Source: Mobula birostris
Taxonomy: Eukaryota
DNA length: 64,000 nt
Direction: 5' to 3'
NCBI RefSeq assembly: GCF_030028105.1
Contig: NC_092382.1
Coordinates: forward strand, 99,278,699 to 99,342,698
Below the pieces are notes generated by a model. That model was not told the origin of the DNA. It ran no database searches and saw nothing but the letters and a program-made list of their open reading frames with translations. Position 1 is the stretch's first letter, and each line of letters starts with the position of its first letter. A program made the position numbers and the translations under genes. Below, piece by piece: positions 62,081 to 64,000 of the stretch.

Positions 62081-62192
62081 ATTGGCTGCTCTCTCACCAC
62101 TGTTTGCCATTGGTAGTCGCGGAGGAAGGAGGTGTATAGGATTGCCGACATGCTAAAGTTAAAGTCAAGTGTGTCGTCATACGCAGACGTCA
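62081..62192 (-). promoter_or_regulatory. Possible TRBV promoter elements: CCAAT box and CRE-like motif
   Basis: CCAAT at 62085-62081, about 100 nt upstream of the ATG. TGACGTCT (7/8 CRE match) at 62192-62185. Vbeta promoters are known to carry a CRE-like decamer. Confidence 0.35.
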
Positions 62193-62469
62193 ATGAGATA
62201 TCTACTTGGAAAGATCCGCCAGAGGAGGTGGTCGGGGCCAGTACATTAACAACACACGAAAAGATAGAAGGATAGGAAAGGATTAGAGCAGCGGTTTTCT
62301 TTTTTGCTGTTTTCTTTTTGACCATGGACCTTTAACATTAGCCGAGCGGCCCGGGGAACCCGGTGGGAAAATCGCTGATGTCGAGGGATATTTTTGGGCA
62401 AAGGTGAGCAAGTGAGGCATAGAGAGAGAGAGCGGCGGAAAGCGAATGGGGGCGATAAAGATACGGAAA

Positions 62470-62473
<4 letters not shown>

Positions 62474-62525
<52 letters not shown>
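62474..62525. repeat. (GA)n microsatellite
   Basis: Direct reading of the sequence. Confidence 0.97.
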
Positions 62526-62531
<6 letters not shown>

Positions 62532-62984
62532 GGGGGGTGGGCACAGAAGGTTGGTTGGTGGGGGGGGACTCCAGAATAAATGTGTGTGAAGGTGGAAAGG
62601 AGGCTACCTGGGAGGTGATAGGTGAAGCCAGGTGACTGGGAAAGGTGAAGGGCTGGAGAAGAAGAAAGCTGGAGGCATCTGAAACTGGACAAATACATCT
62701 GAAAACAAATCCCTCTTTGAACTTTTTCTAATCCCGAGCCCAACCACAACCACCACGCTTTCTTTATTCCCCACTGACCCTTTACCTCTTCTCACCTGCC
62801 GATTACTTCCCCCGGGTTACCTCCTCCCTCCCTTTCTCCTATAGTCGGCTCTCCTTTCCTATCAGATTCTTTCTTCTCCAGCCCTTGACCGTTCCGACCC
62901 TCCTGACTTCATTTATCACGTTCCAGCTCGCCTTTTCCTTCTCTCCCTACCTTTCTAACTCTCTTGCCTTTGAACCATTCCTTT

Positions 62985-63200
62985 CTCGTATTGGCTTTAT
63001 GCTTGTGGCAATTGTCTTGCTGGAAAACAGATCTTCTCCAAAGTCGTATTTCTCTTGCAAACTGCTTCTTGCTTTCCCCCAGAATTCCCCTGTGTTTTGC
63101 TGCTTTCATTTTGTCCTCTACCTTCACAAGCCTCACAGCAAAATGCAGCCTTCACCATGCTTCACGGTAGGGATGGGGTGTCTTTGATGCTCGGCGGTGT
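62985..63200 (-). mobile_element. Tc1 transposase fragment
   Basis: LVKVEDKMKAAKHRGIL...VFQQDNCHKHKA resembles the Tc1 FQQDNDPKH motif. Confidence 0.7.
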
Positions 63201-64000
63201 TTGGCTTCCGTGAAATCATGCCGGAATCGCTGAAGCCAACATTTATTTCTTCTCAACCACCCCCATTCCCCAACTCCCCAGCCAACACCTGTTTGCCGCA
63301 ATCTTTAGCACCTCTGTTGTGACAGTTCCAACTCACTCAGTCGCCCTGAAGACGCCAGCTGCAGAGGCACATTGCAGAATGATTCTTTAAGGGCTGGATC
63401 AGCTCTTAAAAACAAGACTTTTTGCAAGTCATTTGTTTGCTTCACTTATTACGCTAGAGCGCCATCTACTGCCGACTAGCAAGATTCTACATCAGGACGT
63501 TTTCAAAGTTCAAAGTAAAATTATTGTGGGAGTGAGATTCATTTTCTTGTGGGCATGCTTATTTAATCGAAGGAACGCTGTGGATTGAATAAAGGACCGC
63601 AGCAAATAAGACGGACAACAAAAAACAATACGCAATAGATAAACTCTGCAAATCAATAATAATAGTAATAACAAGTCAATAAGCATTAAATATCGAGAAA
63701 GAGAGGTAAAGTCTTTTAATATGTATCCATAGGTTGTGGGAACAGATTAGTGATGCACCGAGTGAAATTGAGTGATGTTCCCACCTCGTGTTCAAGAGCC
63801 TGATGATCGCGGGAGTAACAACTGGTCTCAAAACTGGTAGTTCGGGACCTGAAGGCCCCCTGGACCCTCTACATAGTGGCAATAGCGAAAAGAGATCGTG
63901 TCCTGGGATCTGGGGCTCCTCGATGCTGGATGCTGTTTTCGAGCGACAGCGCTCTGTGTCAATGTGCTGAATGGTGATGAGGGCTAAACCCGGAATGCAC

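Noticed and set aside
1-64000. TCR D, J or C segments, CRISPR arrays, rRNA or intact tRNA genes
   Set aside because: None recognised by eye. The tRNA-like matches are PBS or SINE heads. Short D/J segments could have been missed without an RSS scan.

Overview
Vertebrate genomic DNA, most likely from a cartilaginous fish (probably a ray). This is inferred from the CR1 subfamilies, the HE1/V-SINE-like and Penelope-end repeats, and the GPCR family present. The window holds a tandem array of three intact two-exon rhodopsin-class GPCR genes on the + strand, belonging to the chondrichthyan-expanded GPR139/GPR142-like family. An inverted 3'-terminal relic of a fourth copy follows them. At 60947-61980 (- strand) lies a T-cell receptor beta V segment with a leader exon, intron, V exon and RSS. 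It closely resembles mammalian TRBV30 but carries a 1-nt frameshift. The rest is dense transposon debris: CR1 LINEs, two Gmr1-type Gypsy elements (one nested in a solo LTR, both target-site duplications intact), Tc1 elements, SINEs, and Penelope ends with hammerhead-like cores. Several duplicated intergenic blocks record birth-and-death evolution of the array. There is one 134-N assembly gap. I see no evidence of a wholly new molecular machine. The most interesting signals are the GPCR array next to a TRBV segment, and receptor divergence concentrated in extracellular regions alongside gene-conversion-like homogenised blocks. All family assignments and alignments were made by eye, without database searches.
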